Below are positions 20,148-31,781 of a DNA stretch of 56,660 nucleotides, piece after piece. Under the pieces are notes generated by a model. It did no database searches. It saw nothing but the letters and a program-made list of their open reading frames with translations, and was not told where the DNA came from. Origin of the DNA: Ruminococcus sp. (GTDB lineage: Bacteria; Bacillota; Clostridia; Oscillospirales; Acutalibacteraceae). Positions within the stretch are counted from its first letter, which is position 1. Each line of letters begins with the position of its first letter. The position numbers and the translations under genes are program-made. The DNA lies in assembly GCA_051880875.1 (NCBI GenBank), contig JBJEOU010000024.1, positions 1 through 56,660 of the forward strand, written 5' to 3'.

Positions 20148-20879
20148 GTGCAGAAAACTGTTATTAAAGAAATCATCTGCCCAAAATGCAACGAAATAAC
20201 TGAGGGCAAACTGTACACAAGCATCAATGCCACAAACAATCCACACCTTAGAAACGAGGTTCTGGAAGAAAATCTTTTTCATTGGAGATGCCACAGCTGC
20301 GGTCACGAGGCAAGGCTCACATACCCCCTCTTGTACAACGATATGAAAAAGCGTTTTATGATTTATCTAATACCGGAGATTGACCGTTTTCAGCTGGCAG
20401 ATAACGAGTTGGAGGAGGAGTTTAAGAACCTTAGGGGCATACGCAAGCGCCTTGCTCCCGACTTTAACACCTTTAAGGAAAAGCTGTTTATCTTTGAAAA
20501 CGGACTTGACGATATGGCTGTTGAGATGACCAAGCTTGCCATAAGCGAAAGCGTTGCAAGAAAGCTAAAGCTGAGGGAGGTCACAGAGGGTTACCTCTCT
20601 ATGTACGACAGAGAAAGCAACACCATGGGCTTTACCTTCCTAATCGGTCTTGAAAAAGAACCCTACATTCAGTCGGTACGGCTTGAAATCTACAGCAAAA
20701 GCCTTGCTATTGTTGACGAAATCGCCGACAAGGACAAAAAACTCAACGGCTTTTTGACAATCGACAGAGAATGGGCGACAAATATCCTCTACCGATACAA
20801 GAGAAGCAGACAAAGGGCAAGAATCAAAAAGGAAGAAAGCTTTAAAGCAGAGGAAAATAAACCCGAAAATAAAGAGTAA
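20148..20879 (+). CDS. CpXC-domain protein
   Basis: CPKC...CHSCG, YPLLYND; RBS AAGGAGGTG before GTG. Confidence 0.82.
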   Translation: MQKTVIKEIICPKCNEITEGKLYTSINATNNPHLRNEVLEENLFHWRCHSCGHEARLTYPLLYNDMKKRFMIYLIPEIDRFQLADNELEEEFKNLRGIRKRLAPDFNTFKEKLFIFENGLDDMAVEMTKLAISESVARKLKLREVTEGYLSMYDRESNTMGFTFLIGLEKEPYIQSVRLEIYSKSLAIVDEIADKDKKLNGFLTIDREWATNILYRYKRSRQRARIKKEESFKAEENKPENKE

Positions 20880-20894
20880 TTAATCACCATACAA

Positions 20895-20923
20895 AAGGGG
20901 CAGTTCGATTTGAACTGCCCCTT
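20895..20923. terminator. Bidirectional terminator
   Basis: AAGGGGCAGTTC-GATTT-GAACTGCCCCTT. Confidence 0.8.
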
Positions 20924-20938
20924 ATCTTTTGTTGCTTT

Positions 20939-22087
20939 TTAATCCTTAAACAAATCCTTAAGTTTATCCGTAAAGGACTTTCTCTTTTGGTAATGCTTGT
21001 CGGATGTGATTGATTTAAGCTCTTTGATAAGCTCTTTTTGTTTGTTGTTAAGGTTCCTTGGGATTTCTACGGTAACCTTTACATACTGGTCGCCTCTTCC
21101 CCTGCCGTTAAGGTGAGGGATTCCCTTTCCCTTCAGCTTGAATATGTCGTTTGGCTGTGTGCCCTCGTGAATTGTGTACTTAACCTTTCCGTCAAGGGTT
21201 GGCACAGTCACCTCGTCACCCAGGGTAGCCTGTGCAAATGTGATTGGCATTTCGCACCAAACATCGTCCCCTCGTCTTTCAAACACAGGGTGAGGACGAA
21301 CATTTACATACACATGCAAATCTCCTGCAGGACCTCCGTTGATACCGCTGTTGCCGTGGCCGGAAACATTGAGAATCTGCTCATCCATAATGCCGGCAGG
21401 AATGGTAACATCCACAGTTTTACTCTTTCTCACTCTTCCCTTGCCGTCACAGTGTCTGCAAGGCTTTTCTACAATTTTTCCCTGTCCGTGACAAGCGTCA
21501 CAGGATTTCTGAGTCTGAACAACACCAAAAGGAGTTCTCTGGTTTATTGTAACTCTTCCTGTACCGCCACAGGAAGTACAGGTCTTTGGTGTAGTGCCCT
21601 TTTCTGCACCTGTGCCGTTACATTCAGGACAGGTGGAAATCACCTTGTACTGCACATTTTTCTTTGCGCCCTTTGCCGCCTCTTCAAATGTGACAAAAAC
21701 ATTAGCCTCAACATCTGTGCCACGTCTTGGTGCGTTGGGGTTGGCTCTTCTGTTACCGCCAAAGCCGCCGAAGCCGCCGAATACAGAGTTGAAAATATCA
21801 CCGAGGTCAATATCCTGACCGAAAGGACTTCCCCCCGGACCGCCTGCGCCGAAGTTAGGGTCAACACCTGCATGGCCAAACTGGTCGTATCTCGCCTTTT
21901 TTTCCGGGTCAGACAGAACCTCGTAAGCCTCGTTTACCTCTTTGAATTTTGCCTCAGCCTCTTTATCTCCGGGGTGCAAATCGGGGTGGTACTTCTTCGC
22001 ACTCTGTCTGAATGCCTTTTTTATATCTGCCTCTGAGGCACCTTTGTTCAGCCCCAGAACTTCATAGTAATCTCTTTTTTCTGCCAT
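20939..22087 (-). CDS. dnaJ: Chaperone DnaJ
   Basis: J domain with HPD, G/F region, four CxxCxGxG repeats; RBS GAGGTG. Confidence 0.98.
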   Translation of the reverse strand: MAEKRDYYEVLGLNKGASEADIKKAFRQSAKKYHPDLHPGDKEAEAKFKEVNEAYEVLSDPEKKARYDQFGHAGVDPNFGAGGPGGSPFGQDIDLGDIFNSVFGGFGGFGGNRRANPNAPRRGTDVEANVFVTFEEAAKGAKKNVQYKVISTCPECNGTGAEKGTTPKTCTSCGGTGRVTINQRTPFGVVQTQKSCDACHGQGKIVEKPCRHCDGKGRVRKSKTVDVTIPAGIMDEQILNVSGHGNSGINGGPAGDLHVYVNVRPHPVFERRGDDVWCEMPITFAQATLGDEVTVPTLDGKVKYTIHEGTQPNDIFKLKGKGIPHLNGRGRGDQYVKVTVEIPRNLNNKQKELIKELKSITSDKHYQKRKSFTDKLKDLFKD

Positions 22088-22112
22088 TATAGTCACCTCA
22101 TTTTGAGAGTAC

Positions 22113-22166
22113 ATATTTCTGCAGTTAATTATGTTTCCGCAGTTGATTATATTTCCGCAGTTAATT
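22113..22166. repeat. 3 x 18-bp tandem repeat in the dnaJ leader
   Basis: ATATTTCTGCAGTTAATT / ATGTTTCCGCAGTTGATT / ATATTTCCGCAGTTAATT. Confidence 0.9.
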
Positions 22167-22192
22167 ATAACCGTACAAATCTATACTTTCAA
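22164..22192 (-). promoter_or_regulatory. Near-consensus sigma-A promoter for dnaJ
   Basis: TTGAAA-17 bp-TATAAT. Confidence 0.75.
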
Positions 22193-22227
22193 GTACTAAT
22201 TTAAAACACACATCAACACACATCAAA

Positions 22228-22249
22228 GGGCGGTAGAAATCTACCGCCC
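22228..22249 (-). terminator. Hairpin/terminator after dnaK
   Basis: GGGCGGTAGA-AA-TCTACCGCCC; short T tract on the minus strand. Confidence 0.65.
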
Positions 22250-22281
22250 AATGACTCAGGGGTTTTTATGAAGAAAAGTTA

Positions 22282-24144
<1,863 letters not shown>

Positions 24145-24219
24145 CTAAAACTATTTTTGTTTTCTTTTTATCTTTTTATATATAAAATCTGCTTTATACT
24201 AACTCACTATACATTAGTA

Positions 24220-24798
24220 TTAATCACAGTTTGCAACCTGAACCATTGCGTGACGGATTATTTTATCGCCAATTTTAAAGCCCTTCTGATAAATGGCGGC
24301 AAGCTGATTTTCACCAAGCTCTTCACTTTCTACCTTAGATATTGCATTATGGAGATTTGGGTCAAACTCGTCGCCGATTTCTCCAAAGGACTCAACCTTT
24401 AGCTTTTCCATAGAAGTCTTAAACTGGTTCTGTATCATCTCAAGACCCTTTGTAAACTCCTCCGGGGCGTCTTTTGCATTCTGCATCGCCATCTGGAGTG
24501 CGTCTGCCATTGGAAGGAGCTGTTCAACCGCCTTTGCTGTTGCGTCATCGTAGATGCCCAGCTTTTCATTCTGTGTTCTTTTGCGGTAGTTGTCGTACTC
24601 TGCGGCAAGTCGCATATAGCTTTCCTTCTGCTTTTTCAGTTCCTCTTCAAGCTTTTCCTCTTTGGTAGGCTCCTTAGCCTCCTCTTTCTCTTCAGCCTCA
24701 GCAGATTCAGCAGTTTCGGCAGTCTTTACCTCTTCCTCTTCTGACTGTTCCTCTGCCTTTTTATTCTTTGTACTTTCCTTTGCATTTTCCTTAGCCAT
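24220..24798 (-). CDS. grpE: Nucleotide exchange factor GrpE
   Basis: AEYDNYRKR, FDPNLHNA, QKGFKIGDKIIRHAMV. Confidence 0.96.
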   Translation of the reverse strand: MAKENAKESTKNKKAEEQSEEEEVKTAETAESAEAEEKEEAKEPTKEEKLEEELKKQKESYMRLAAEYDNYRKRTQNEKLGIYDDATAKAVEQLLPMADALQMAMQNAKDAPEEFTKGLEMIQNQFKTSMEKLKVESFGEIGDEFDPNLHNAISKVESEELGENQLAAIYQKGFKIGDKIIRHAMVQVANCD

Positions 24799-24810
24799 TT
24801 ATGTCATCTC

Positions 24811-25842
24811 CTAACCTGCCTCAAGCAGTTCATTAATTAATTCTCCGGATTTTTCCGCCACATATTCAGTTGTGGCAACAATGTCCTTGTAGTTCATCCT
24901 TTGAGGTCCGATTACCGCCACAGCGCCTGCAAATGCACCGCCAAGGGTATATCGGGAAACAACTATGCCCGCCTGGGCAAGCTGATATTTTCCGCTTTCT
25001 CCACCCAGGTAAACCTTTGTGCCCTTTACCGAGGTGAGGAGAGTTGCAACATCGTTCTGGTCACTTAAAAATTTAAGTATATCCCTTGCCGCCATGACAT
25101 CAAGGTCGTTAACAAACAGGAGCTTTGTCATTCCGCTCTCCGCAACAGAAACCTGTGAAGCCTCCTTTGCGGCATCCCTTATAGCCAAAAGCACATTTGG
25201 CATAAACAGCGAAAGCTCGCCGAAACCAAGGGCTGTGGTCTGGATAAACGCCTGTGTTATGTCCTTTAGGGGCAATCCCTCAAACCTTTCGTTCAAGGCT
25301 CTGTCAAACACCCTGAGCATATCAGGAGTGATAACAAACTCTGTGCGGAAAAGCTGGCTTTTAACCATACCTGTTGAGGTAATCAGCACAACCATACCTG
25401 TGTGTCTGCCGGTTTGCACAAACCTCAGCTTGTGGACTCTGGAGTCCTGTGCAGGAGGGGTTGTGGCTATCGCCGGAAGATTTGTAACCTCTGTAAGGAG
25501 TGAGGATGCCGCCTTAAGCACACCCTCGGGGGAATCCGCACTTCTTGTTAAAATGCGGTCGGCATACTGCCTGAGCCTTTCATTCACAGGTCTTTTCTCC
25601 ATCAGGTTATCTATATAAAAGCGATAACCCCTTTCTGACGGGATTCTTCCTGCGGAGGTGTGGGGCTGAATTAAATATCCCTCGTTTTCAAGGTTTGCCA
25701 TTTCGTTCCTTATTGTGGCGGACGAAACGCTGAAATCAAGGAAAGACTGGAGGGTTTTTGAGCCTACCGCCTCGCCGTCGGAAATGTAGCTTTCAACTAC
25801 ACAGGCAAGAATTTTCTTTTTTCTTTCCGAAAGACTCATCAC
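24811..25842 (-). CDS. hrcA: Heat-inducible repressor HrcA
   Basis: SSATIRNEMANLE, QPHTSAGRIPS, IGPQRMNY. Confidence 0.96.
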   Translation of the reverse strand: MMSLSERKKKILACVVESYISDGEAVGSKTLQSFLDFSVSSATIRNEMANLENEGYLIQPHTSAGRIPSERGYRFYIDNLMEKRPVNERLRQYADRILTRSADSPEGVLKAASSLLTEVTNLPAIATTPPAQDSRVHKLRFVQTGRHTGMVVLITSTGMVKSQLFRTEFVITPDMLRVFDRALNERFEGLPLKDITQAFIQTTALGFGELSLFMPNVLLAIRDAAKEASQVSVAESGMTKLLFVNDLDVMAARDILKFLSDQNDVATLLTSVKGTKVYLGGESGKYQLAQAGIVVSRYTLGGAFAGAVAVIGPQRMNYKDIVATTEYVAEKSGELINELLEAG

Positions 25843-25864
25843 AAACCTCCTTTGTTTTCTTGAT

Positions 25865-25891
25865 TTAGCACTCGTTATCTTTGAGTGCTAA
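25865..25891. promoter_or_regulatory. CIRCE element (HrcA operator)
   Basis: TTAGCACTC-N9-GAGTGCTAA, perfect consensus. Confidence 0.97.
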
Positions 25892-25902
25892 CCACTATTA
25901 AT

Positions 25903-25931
25903 ACTTTAGCACCACGAGTGCTAAAAGTCAA
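25903..25931 (-). promoter_or_regulatory. hrcA promoter containing a compact CIRCE-like palindrome
   Basis: TTGACT-17-TAAAGT; the spacer and -10 carry TTAGCAC-N5-GTGCTAA. Confidence 0.6.
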
Positions 25932-26031
25932 TACTTTTATAAAATTTATCTGAAAATAATTAAATTTCTTTGACTTGCACTCTCTTTATCTATATAATAG
26001 TATTACCATTTAAGAAGTTTAGGGTGATATT

Positions 26032-26304
26032 ATGACTCAGTATCTGCACATTATTTATACCGTTATGTGGTTTATTATTGCAATAGGCGTATTTTGTGCC
26101 GGCAAAAAGTACCGTTTGGGTATAACAACTGTAGTAACCTCTGCTATGTTCCTGTTTATGGGAATATGGTGGCTTGTTGACACTTTGATATCGGGTGTGG
26201 ATTTTATGAGCGGTACCCTGGCTTGGGTTTTTAGAGGAATAATCGCACTTTTCGTTGTTGCAATCGCCCTATGCTACATACAGTACAAAAAAAGTCAAAA
26301 ATAA
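26032..26304 (+). CDS. Small three-TM membrane protein
   Basis: Three hydrophobic segments; RBS GGGTGA. Confidence 0.78.
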   Translation: MTQYLHIIYTVMWFIIAIGVFCAGKKYRLGITTVVTSAMFLFMGIWWLVDTLISGVDFMSGTLAWVFRGIIALFVVAIALCYIQYKKSQK

Positions 26305-26455
26305 TTTTTTAATTGACATTTCAGAACAAAACACTACAATATATAGTGTTTTTCAAATTAGTTTCAATTTTTTTCAAAAAACACTTGCATTTTTGTAATA
26401 AAAATGTTATTATTACCCTTGCGTTATGATTTAATAAATTTTCGGAGGTGAGACA

Positions 26456-26710
26456 ATGCCAAACATTAAATCAGCTAAAAAGCGTGTTAAGGTTATCGCT
26501 ACAAAGACAGAACAGAACAAGATGATTAAATCTAATCTCAAGACTACAGTAAAGAAAGCTTATGCAGCAATCGAAAATAACGATGCTAATAAGGCTGAGG
26601 CAGTTAGTCTTGCTACAAAGAAGATTGATCAGGCTGCAGCAAAGAACATTATGCACAAGAACACAGCTGCCAGAATGAAGTCATCTTTGGCTAAAAAGGC
26701 AAACGCTTAA
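26456..26710 (+). CDS. rpsT: 30S ribosomal protein S20
   Basis: [23 protein letters not shown]. Confidence 0.97.
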   Translation: MPNIKSAKKRVKVIATKTEQNKMIKSNLKTTVKKAYAAIENNDANKAEAVSLATKKIDQAAAKNIMHKNTAARMKSSLAKKANA

Positions 26711-26725
26711 TAGTTTATGAAGACT

Positions 26726-26753
26726 AAAGCAGAGTTTTTACTCTGCTTTTTTT
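26726..26753 (+). terminator. rpsT terminator
   Basis: AAAGCAGAGT-TTTT-ACTCTGCTTT followed by a T-run. Confidence 0.85.
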
Positions 26754-26850
26754 CTTTTGTAATTTTGACTGTATTTTTCTCTGATTTATTGACTATTCTA
26801 AATAATAGTGATAGAATGTAGTAAACGAAACCTTTCGGGAGGTAATTGAA

Positions 26851-27009
26851 ATGAAAAAAATATGCGGAATGAGTGTCAGCGTTTTTGTGGCTGTGGTTTC
26901 TTCTGTAGTTGCTTTGCTTGCAACTGTCACCACCCTTTTTGTTATAAAAGAAAAGAAAAAGAAGGACGAAGCTGAATTAGAACGCTATTTGGAAGATTCA
27001 ATCCAGTAA
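26851..27009 (+). CDS. 52-aa single-pass membrane microprotein (not in the ORF track)
   Basis: RBS GGAGGT; MKKICGMSVSVFVAVVSSVVALLATVTTLFVIKEKKKKDEAELERYLEDSIQ; own terminator at 27016-27042. Confidence 0.8.
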   Translation: MKKICGMSVSVFVAVVSSVVALLATVTTLFVIKEKKKKDEAELERYLEDSIQ

Positions 27010-27015
27010 ATGAGC

Positions 27016-27042
27016 AAGGGACTGTGGTAGACAGTCCCTTTT
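27016..27042 (+). terminator. Terminator of the small ORF
   Basis: AAGGGACTGT-GGTAG-ACAGTCCCTT, then TTATTTT. Confidence 0.8.
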
Positions 27043-27114
27043 ATTTTATGAATTTTTATATTTGGTGTGTATCCTCTCCAACACAATACAAATGGATAAA
27101 AAGCCCTTAGACGC

Positions 27115-27147
27115 ACACAATCCCCCAACAATGTTGGGGGATTGTGT
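27115..27147 (-). terminator. 3' hairpin of fba
   Basis: ACACAATCCCCCAACA-A-TGTTGGGGGATTGTGT perfect stem, no clear U tract. Confidence 0.6.
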
Positions 27148-27172
27148 AATGGAAGTTTTCAGAGAAAACCGA

Positions 27173-28039
27173 TTAAGCCTTTCCTACTGAGCCGAACAGC
27201 TCCATCTTCTCCTTAACAGTAGCCTTGATAGCCTCTGCACCGGGAGCCAAAAGCTTTCTTGGGTCAAATCCCTTGCCCTGAAGGTCCTTGCCCTCTTCAA
27301 TATATTTTCTTGTTGCCTCAGCAAATGAGAGCTGACACTCTGTGTTAACATTAATCTTGGAAACACCAAGGGAAATAGCCTTCTTAATCATATCAGCAGG
27401 GATTCCTGTACCGCCGTGAAGAACAAGTGGCATCTCGCCTGTCTTCTGCTGAACAGCGTCAAGAGTTTCAAAAGAAAGACCTGCCCAGTTCTCAGGATAC
27501 TTGCCGTGGATGTTGCCGATACCTGCTGCAAGCATTGTAACGCCAAGGTCTGCAATTCTCTTACATTCCTCTGGGTCTGCACACTCGCCTGCACCGATAA
27601 CGCCGTCTTCCTCGCCGCCGATTGAACCAACTTCAGCCTCGATTGAAAGACCCTTTTCGTTACAGATGTTTACAAGTTCCTTTGTCTTTTCAACATTCTC
27701 CTCGATTGGATAGTGAGAACCGTCGAACATAACAGATGAGAAGCCTGCCTCGATACAAGCCAAAGCACCCTCATATGAACCGTGGTCAAGGTGAAGTGCA
27801 ACAGGAACTGTGATGTTAAGCTCCTCAAGCATACCGTTAACCATACCAACTACTGTCTTGTAGCCGCACATATACTTACCTGCGCCCTCGGATACACCCA
27901 GGATTACAGGGCTCTTTAATTCTTCAGCTGTGAGAAGAATTGATTTTGTCCACTCAAGGTTATTAATGTTGAACTGGCCAACTGCATAATGACCTGCCTT
28001 TGCTTTTGTCAGCATTTCTTTTGCATTTACTAATGGCAT
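27173..28039 (-). CDS. fba: Class II fructose-1,6-bisphosphate aldolase
   Basis: LHLDHG, SVMFDGS, IGNIHG, LVLHGGTG, KINVNT. Confidence 0.97.
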   Translation of the reverse strand: MPLVNAKEMLTKAKAGHYAVGQFNINNLEWTKSILLTAEELKSPVILGVSEGAGKYMCGYKTVVGMVNGMLEELNITVPVALHLDHGSYEGALACIEAGFSSVMFDGSHYPIEENVEKTKELVNICNEKGLSIEAEVGSIGGEEDGVIGAGECADPEECKRIADLGVTMLAAGIGNIHGKYPENWAGLSFETLDAVQQKTGEMPLVLHGGTGIPADMIKKAISLGVSKINVNTECQLSFAEATRKYIEEGKDLQGKGFDPRKLLAPGAEAIKATVKEKMELFGSVGKA

Positions 28040-28075
28040 TTTAAATTCCTCCGTAAATTAAATTGTTACAACATA

Positions 28076-28106
28076 TAGGAAACAAAGAATAAATCAGTGT
28101 TTCCTA
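28076..28106. repeat. GGAAACACT palindrome, copy 3 (degenerate left arm)
   Basis: TAGGAAACAAAGA-ATAAA-TCAGTGTTTCCTA. Confidence 0.6.
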
Positions 28107-28323
28107 CATTGTCATTCGACATTATTATACAATAGTAATAATGCAATATAAATCATTTAAAGAAAAAAGAAGCACAATTTTAGCGAATACATATAATGTT
28201 CCACAAAAGACTTCTGTTTTCTTCTTGATTTTCTACTTTATTTACTCTATGTATTGTTTGACTTACACACTTTTTGTATGCTAAAATAGTCAAAGAAATT
28301 ATGATAATTTTTTGGAGATTATT

Positions 28324-30027
28324 ATGGATAATATTACATTTACACCTCCTGCAATTTCCGACCTTAAGGATATGCTTAAAAAGTCCAAGGAGCAGTACGG
28401 TGATAAAATTGCTTATCAAATTAAAAACAAAGACGGAAGCTTTACATACTACACCTACAGCGATGTTTTCAGCATTGTAGAGGGGCTGGGTACAAGCCTT
28501 GTAAATATGGGGCTTAAGGGCAAAAAAATCGCCATAATCGGTGCAAACTCCTTCGAGTGGGAGATAGCCTACCTGGCTGTTGTCTGCGGAACAGGAATTG
28601 TTGTTCCCATCGACAAAACCTTGCCCGAAAACGAGCTGAAAAGCGTTATTGAACGCTCCGGCGTCAATGCAATTTTCTATACCGAAAAGTACAGGGAAAC
28701 ACTTACACGCATTAAGTTCAGCAGTCACAACAACCTGCGACACTTAATTTCAATGGAGCTTGAACAGCACTGTGGCGGTGTTTATTCCCAAAAGGAGCTT
28801 GCCTCCTACGGCAGACACCTTCTTGACGCAGGATTTACCGAATACACAGACGCAAAGGTAAACCCCTACACAATGAACATAATGCTTTTCACCTCAGGCA
28901 CCACAAGCCGTTCAAAGGTTGTGGCATTATCCCAGAACAACATCTGCACAAACCTTCTGGATCTGGACAAGAAGATGGATATTACAAGCGACGACGTTTT
29001 CCTCTCCTATCTTCCCCTTAACCATGTTTTTGAATGTACTGTTGGATTCTTATTTCCTATCTACAAGGGTGCAAAGATAGTATTTGCAGAGGGAACAAGA
29101 AAAATCGTTAGGAATCTGCACGACTACAAAGTTACTTTCTTTGCCTGTGTTCCTGCAATTTACGAGATGATTTTCGGTCATGTAAGCAAGGCACTTGAAA
29201 AGGCAAACAAGGTGGATAAAATCAACGAACTCAAGGCCCTTCATCCTGACGCAACTATGGAGGAACGCAAAGAGTTATTTAAAGAAATTCACGATATGCT
29301 GGGCGGAAATATCCGCTACTTTATCAGCGGTGCCGCTCCTCTTGACCCCACTATTGAAAGAAGATTCCGTGCCTTGGGACTGAATCTGCTTCAATTTTAC
29401 GGGCTGACTGAAACTGCTCCTGTGGTTTCAATTTCTACAGCTCGTCATCACAGGCTTGGCTCTGTGGGCAGAGCCGCACCAAGTGTTGAGGCAAGGATTG
29501 CAAATCCTGACGAAAACGGAGTGGGCGAGCTTGTTGTAAGGGGACCAAATGTTATGCTTGGCTACTATGACAACGCAGAGGCAACCGCCGAGGTTCTGCA
29601 AAACGGCTGGTTCCACACCGGGGATTTGGCAAGGATTGATGAGGAAGGATACATCTACATTTGCGGAAGACAGAAGAGCGTTATCGTCCTTAAAAACGGT
29701 AAAAATGTATTTCCTGAGGAAATGGAAAATATCGTAAACAAGATTGAGGGTGTGCAGGAATCCCTGATTTACGGTAAGCCTCACGGAACGGACAAGGACG
29801 ACCTTAGAATTTACGCCAAGATTGTCTACGACCAGGATACTATGGAAAGAGTTTATCATGTAAGCGGTGAAAAGGACATTAAAAAGGCACTTTTCCAAGA
29901 GATTAAAGCCGTTAACAGAACCTTCCCTGCATACAAGGCAATCAGAGGTATTGTGGTTTCCAAAGAGCCGTTAATCAAAACTGCAACAAACAAAATAAAA
30001 AGACAAGAGGAAATGAAAAACCTTTAA
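28324..30027 (+). CDS. AMP-binding enzyme, long-chain acyl-CoA synthetase-like
   Basis: FTSGTTSRSK, YGLTET, GWFHTGDL, GRQKSVIVLKNGKNVFPEE. Confidence 0.88.
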   Translation: MDNITFTPPAISDLKDMLKKSKEQYGDKIAYQIKNKDGSFTYYTYSDVFSIVEGLGTSLVNMGLKGKKIAIIGANSFEWEIAYLAVVCGTGIVVPIDKTLPENELKSVIERSGVNAIFYTEKYRETLTRIKFSSHNNLRHLISMELEQHCGGVYSQKELASYGRHLLDAGFTEYTDAKVNPYTMNIMLFTSGTTSRSKVVALSQNNICTNLLDLDKKMDITSDDVFLSYLPLNHVFECTVGFLFPIYKGAKIVFAEGTRKIVRNLHDYKVTFFACVPAIYEMIFGHVSKALEKANKVDKINELKALHPDATMEERKELFKEIHDMLGGNIRYFISGAAPLDPTIERRFRALGLNLLQFYGLTETAPVVSISTARHHRLGSVGRAAPSVEARIANPDENGVGELVVRGPNVMLGYYDNAEATAEVLQNGWFHTGDLARIDEEGYIYICGRQKSVIVLKNGKNVFPEEMENIVNKIEGVQESLIYGKPHGTDKDDLRIYAKIVYDQDTMERVYHVSGEKDIKKALFQEIKAVNRTFPAYKAIRGIVVSKEPLIKTATNKIKRQEEMKNL

Positions 30028-30043
30028 AACCTCTTCCATAACG

Positions 30044-30083
30044 AAATCCGAGCAAGCTTATAAAAAGTCTGCTCGGATTTTTT
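30044..30083. terminator. Terminator between convergent genes
   Basis: AAATCCGAGCA...TGCTCGGATTT plus T-run. Confidence 0.75.
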
Positions 30084-30114
30084 ATAACCTATTTTTGTAA
30101 ACAGAAACAGTTAA

Positions 30115-31653
30115 TCAAACTTCAAAAATTGCAAAGGAGCTTGCAAAGGCAGTTACCGCCTTGTCTGCAACCTGTGTTTTTCCGATTTGATACAGCGTTC
30201 CCTTTACATCAAAATCAAAAGGCACCGTAACATCATCACAGGATGGGTTTACAACTATAACGAACTTACCCCTTTGATATATGAACGGGTACTTTTCCTT
30301 TTCTGCATACACAACCTTAAAGTCGCCGTCATTGCCCAAGTCGCTGTTGCTGTGGCGAAGTGCTATAACATCCTTTACAACCTTGTAAATGGATTCAGGG
30401 TCGTCCTTTTGATTCTCAACAGTAGGTGCATCTGCATTTTTATCAACAGGCAAATAGCACTCATCAGCCTCTGAGAAACCAAGATTCTTACCGCTGTTCC
30501 ACTGCATTGGTGTTCTGGAGCCTGTTCGTGAGAAACCGCCCTCCTTTGACACCAAGCCCTCCTGATATCTCATTCCGATTTCGTCACCGTAGTACAGGAA
30601 AGGAACTCCGGGCAAGGTAAAGATTGTAGCAAATGCAAGGCGGATTGTTTCCTTGTCGGCATAGTGTGTCATACGGGGCATATCGTGGTTGTTTGTCATA
30701 AAGCTGATATAGCCGTTATTCTTTGTCTTTTCGTAGTTTGGAACATACTCATCCAAAGCGGATGTAATGTCGCCCTTTCCGTTTTTGTGGAAGAAGGCAC
30801 GGTTTTCTCCGTCCTTTTCGTATCTGAACAGCCTTGAATATCCGTTTCCGTAATGGTCAAGGTAAAAGTCCATATGGAAACCGCCGTCATTTATTGCCTT
30901 CTGGGGATTGCACCACTCTGCAACCATTGCAGCCTGTGGATAATCCTTGTCAAGCATTTCCCTGACTCCACGCCAAATCTTGGCTGTTGCTATCTTTTCG
31001 TCGTCATTCTTAACAAGGGAATCAGCCATATCCACTCTGAATCCGTCAGCGCCCTTGTCAAGCCAGAATCTCATAACATCCTTAATGGCGTCAGCAGTCT
31101 TAAGTGCGTCGGGGTGGTCGTATGGTAGCTGCCACTCAGGGTGAGTTACCTCGTAAAATCCGTAGTTAAGAGCAGGCTGACTGCTGAAGTAGTTAACCAT
31201 ATAGTTTCCGTCCCTCTCACAGATACCGCACATCATTCTGTATTCAGGGGGAGCGTCCCACACCGACTTTGTAAAGATATATCTGTTGCTGTAATCGCTT
31301 TCCTCAGCCTTTTTACTTTCAAGGAACCAGGGGTGCTGATCGCTTGTGTGTCCCGGAACAAGGTCAAGGAGAATTTTCATATCCCTTTTGTGAGCCTCGT
31401 CAAAGAGCCTTACAAGGTCATCATTGGTGCCGTACCTGGGGGCAACCTTTTTGTAATCCCTCACATCGTATCCTGCGTCCATAAAGGGTGAATCGTAAAC
31501 GGGGTTAAGCCAGATGGCATTACAGCCCAAATCCTTAACATAATCCAGCTTTTCAATTATTCCCTGAATGTCGCCGATACCGTCACCGTTTGTATCGTTA
31601 AAGGACTGGGGGTAAATTTCGTAAAAAACTGCGTCACTTAACCATTTTGGCAT
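30115..31653 (-). CDS. Cytoplasmic GH13 alpha-glucosidase/maltodextrin-active enzyme
   Basis: YPQSFNDTNGDGIGD, DLVPGH, GFRVDMA (nucleophile), AEW (acid/base), NNHD; no signal peptide. Confidence 0.88.
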   Translation of the reverse strand: MPKWLSDAVFYEIYPQSFNDTNGDGIGDIQGIIEKLDYVKDLGCNAIWLNPVYDSPFMDAGYDVRDYKKVAPRYGTNDDLVRLFDEAHKRDMKILLDLVPGHTSDQHPWFLESKKAEESDYSNRYIFTKSVWDAPPEYRMMCGICERDGNYMVNYFSSQPALNYGFYEVTHPEWQLPYDHPDALKTADAIKDVMRFWLDKGADGFRVDMADSLVKNDDEKIATAKIWRGVREMLDKDYPQAAMVAEWCNPQKAINDGGFHMDFYLDHYGNGYSRLFRYEKDGENRAFFHKNGKGDITSALDEYVPNYEKTKNNGYISFMTNNHDMPRMTHYADKETIRLAFATIFTLPGVPFLYYGDEIGMRYQEGLVSKEGGFSRTGSRTPMQWNSGKNLGFSEADECYLPVDKNADAPTVENQKDDPESIYKVVKDVIALRHSNSDLGNDGDFKVVYAEKEKYPFIYQRGKFVIVVNPSCDDVTVPFDFDVKGTLYQIGKTQVADKAVTAFASSFAIFEV

Positions 31654-31781
31654 AATAATCATCCTTTCATAATTAATTTTACAATATATTCTAAAAATAT
31701 TAGTATTTTATTTACTGGTATTCTTTTTTTGTTGATAAAGACTTGCCTCCATCATATTATGGTTATAAAGGAGTAGTTTTT

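Noticed and set aside
21038-22036. 332-aa plus-strand ORF
   Set aside because: Antisense shadow of dnaJ; no RBS or recognisable motifs
22113-22166. Tandem repeat as a CRISPR array
   Set aside because: Units are contiguous with no spacers, only 18 bp, and there are no cas genes
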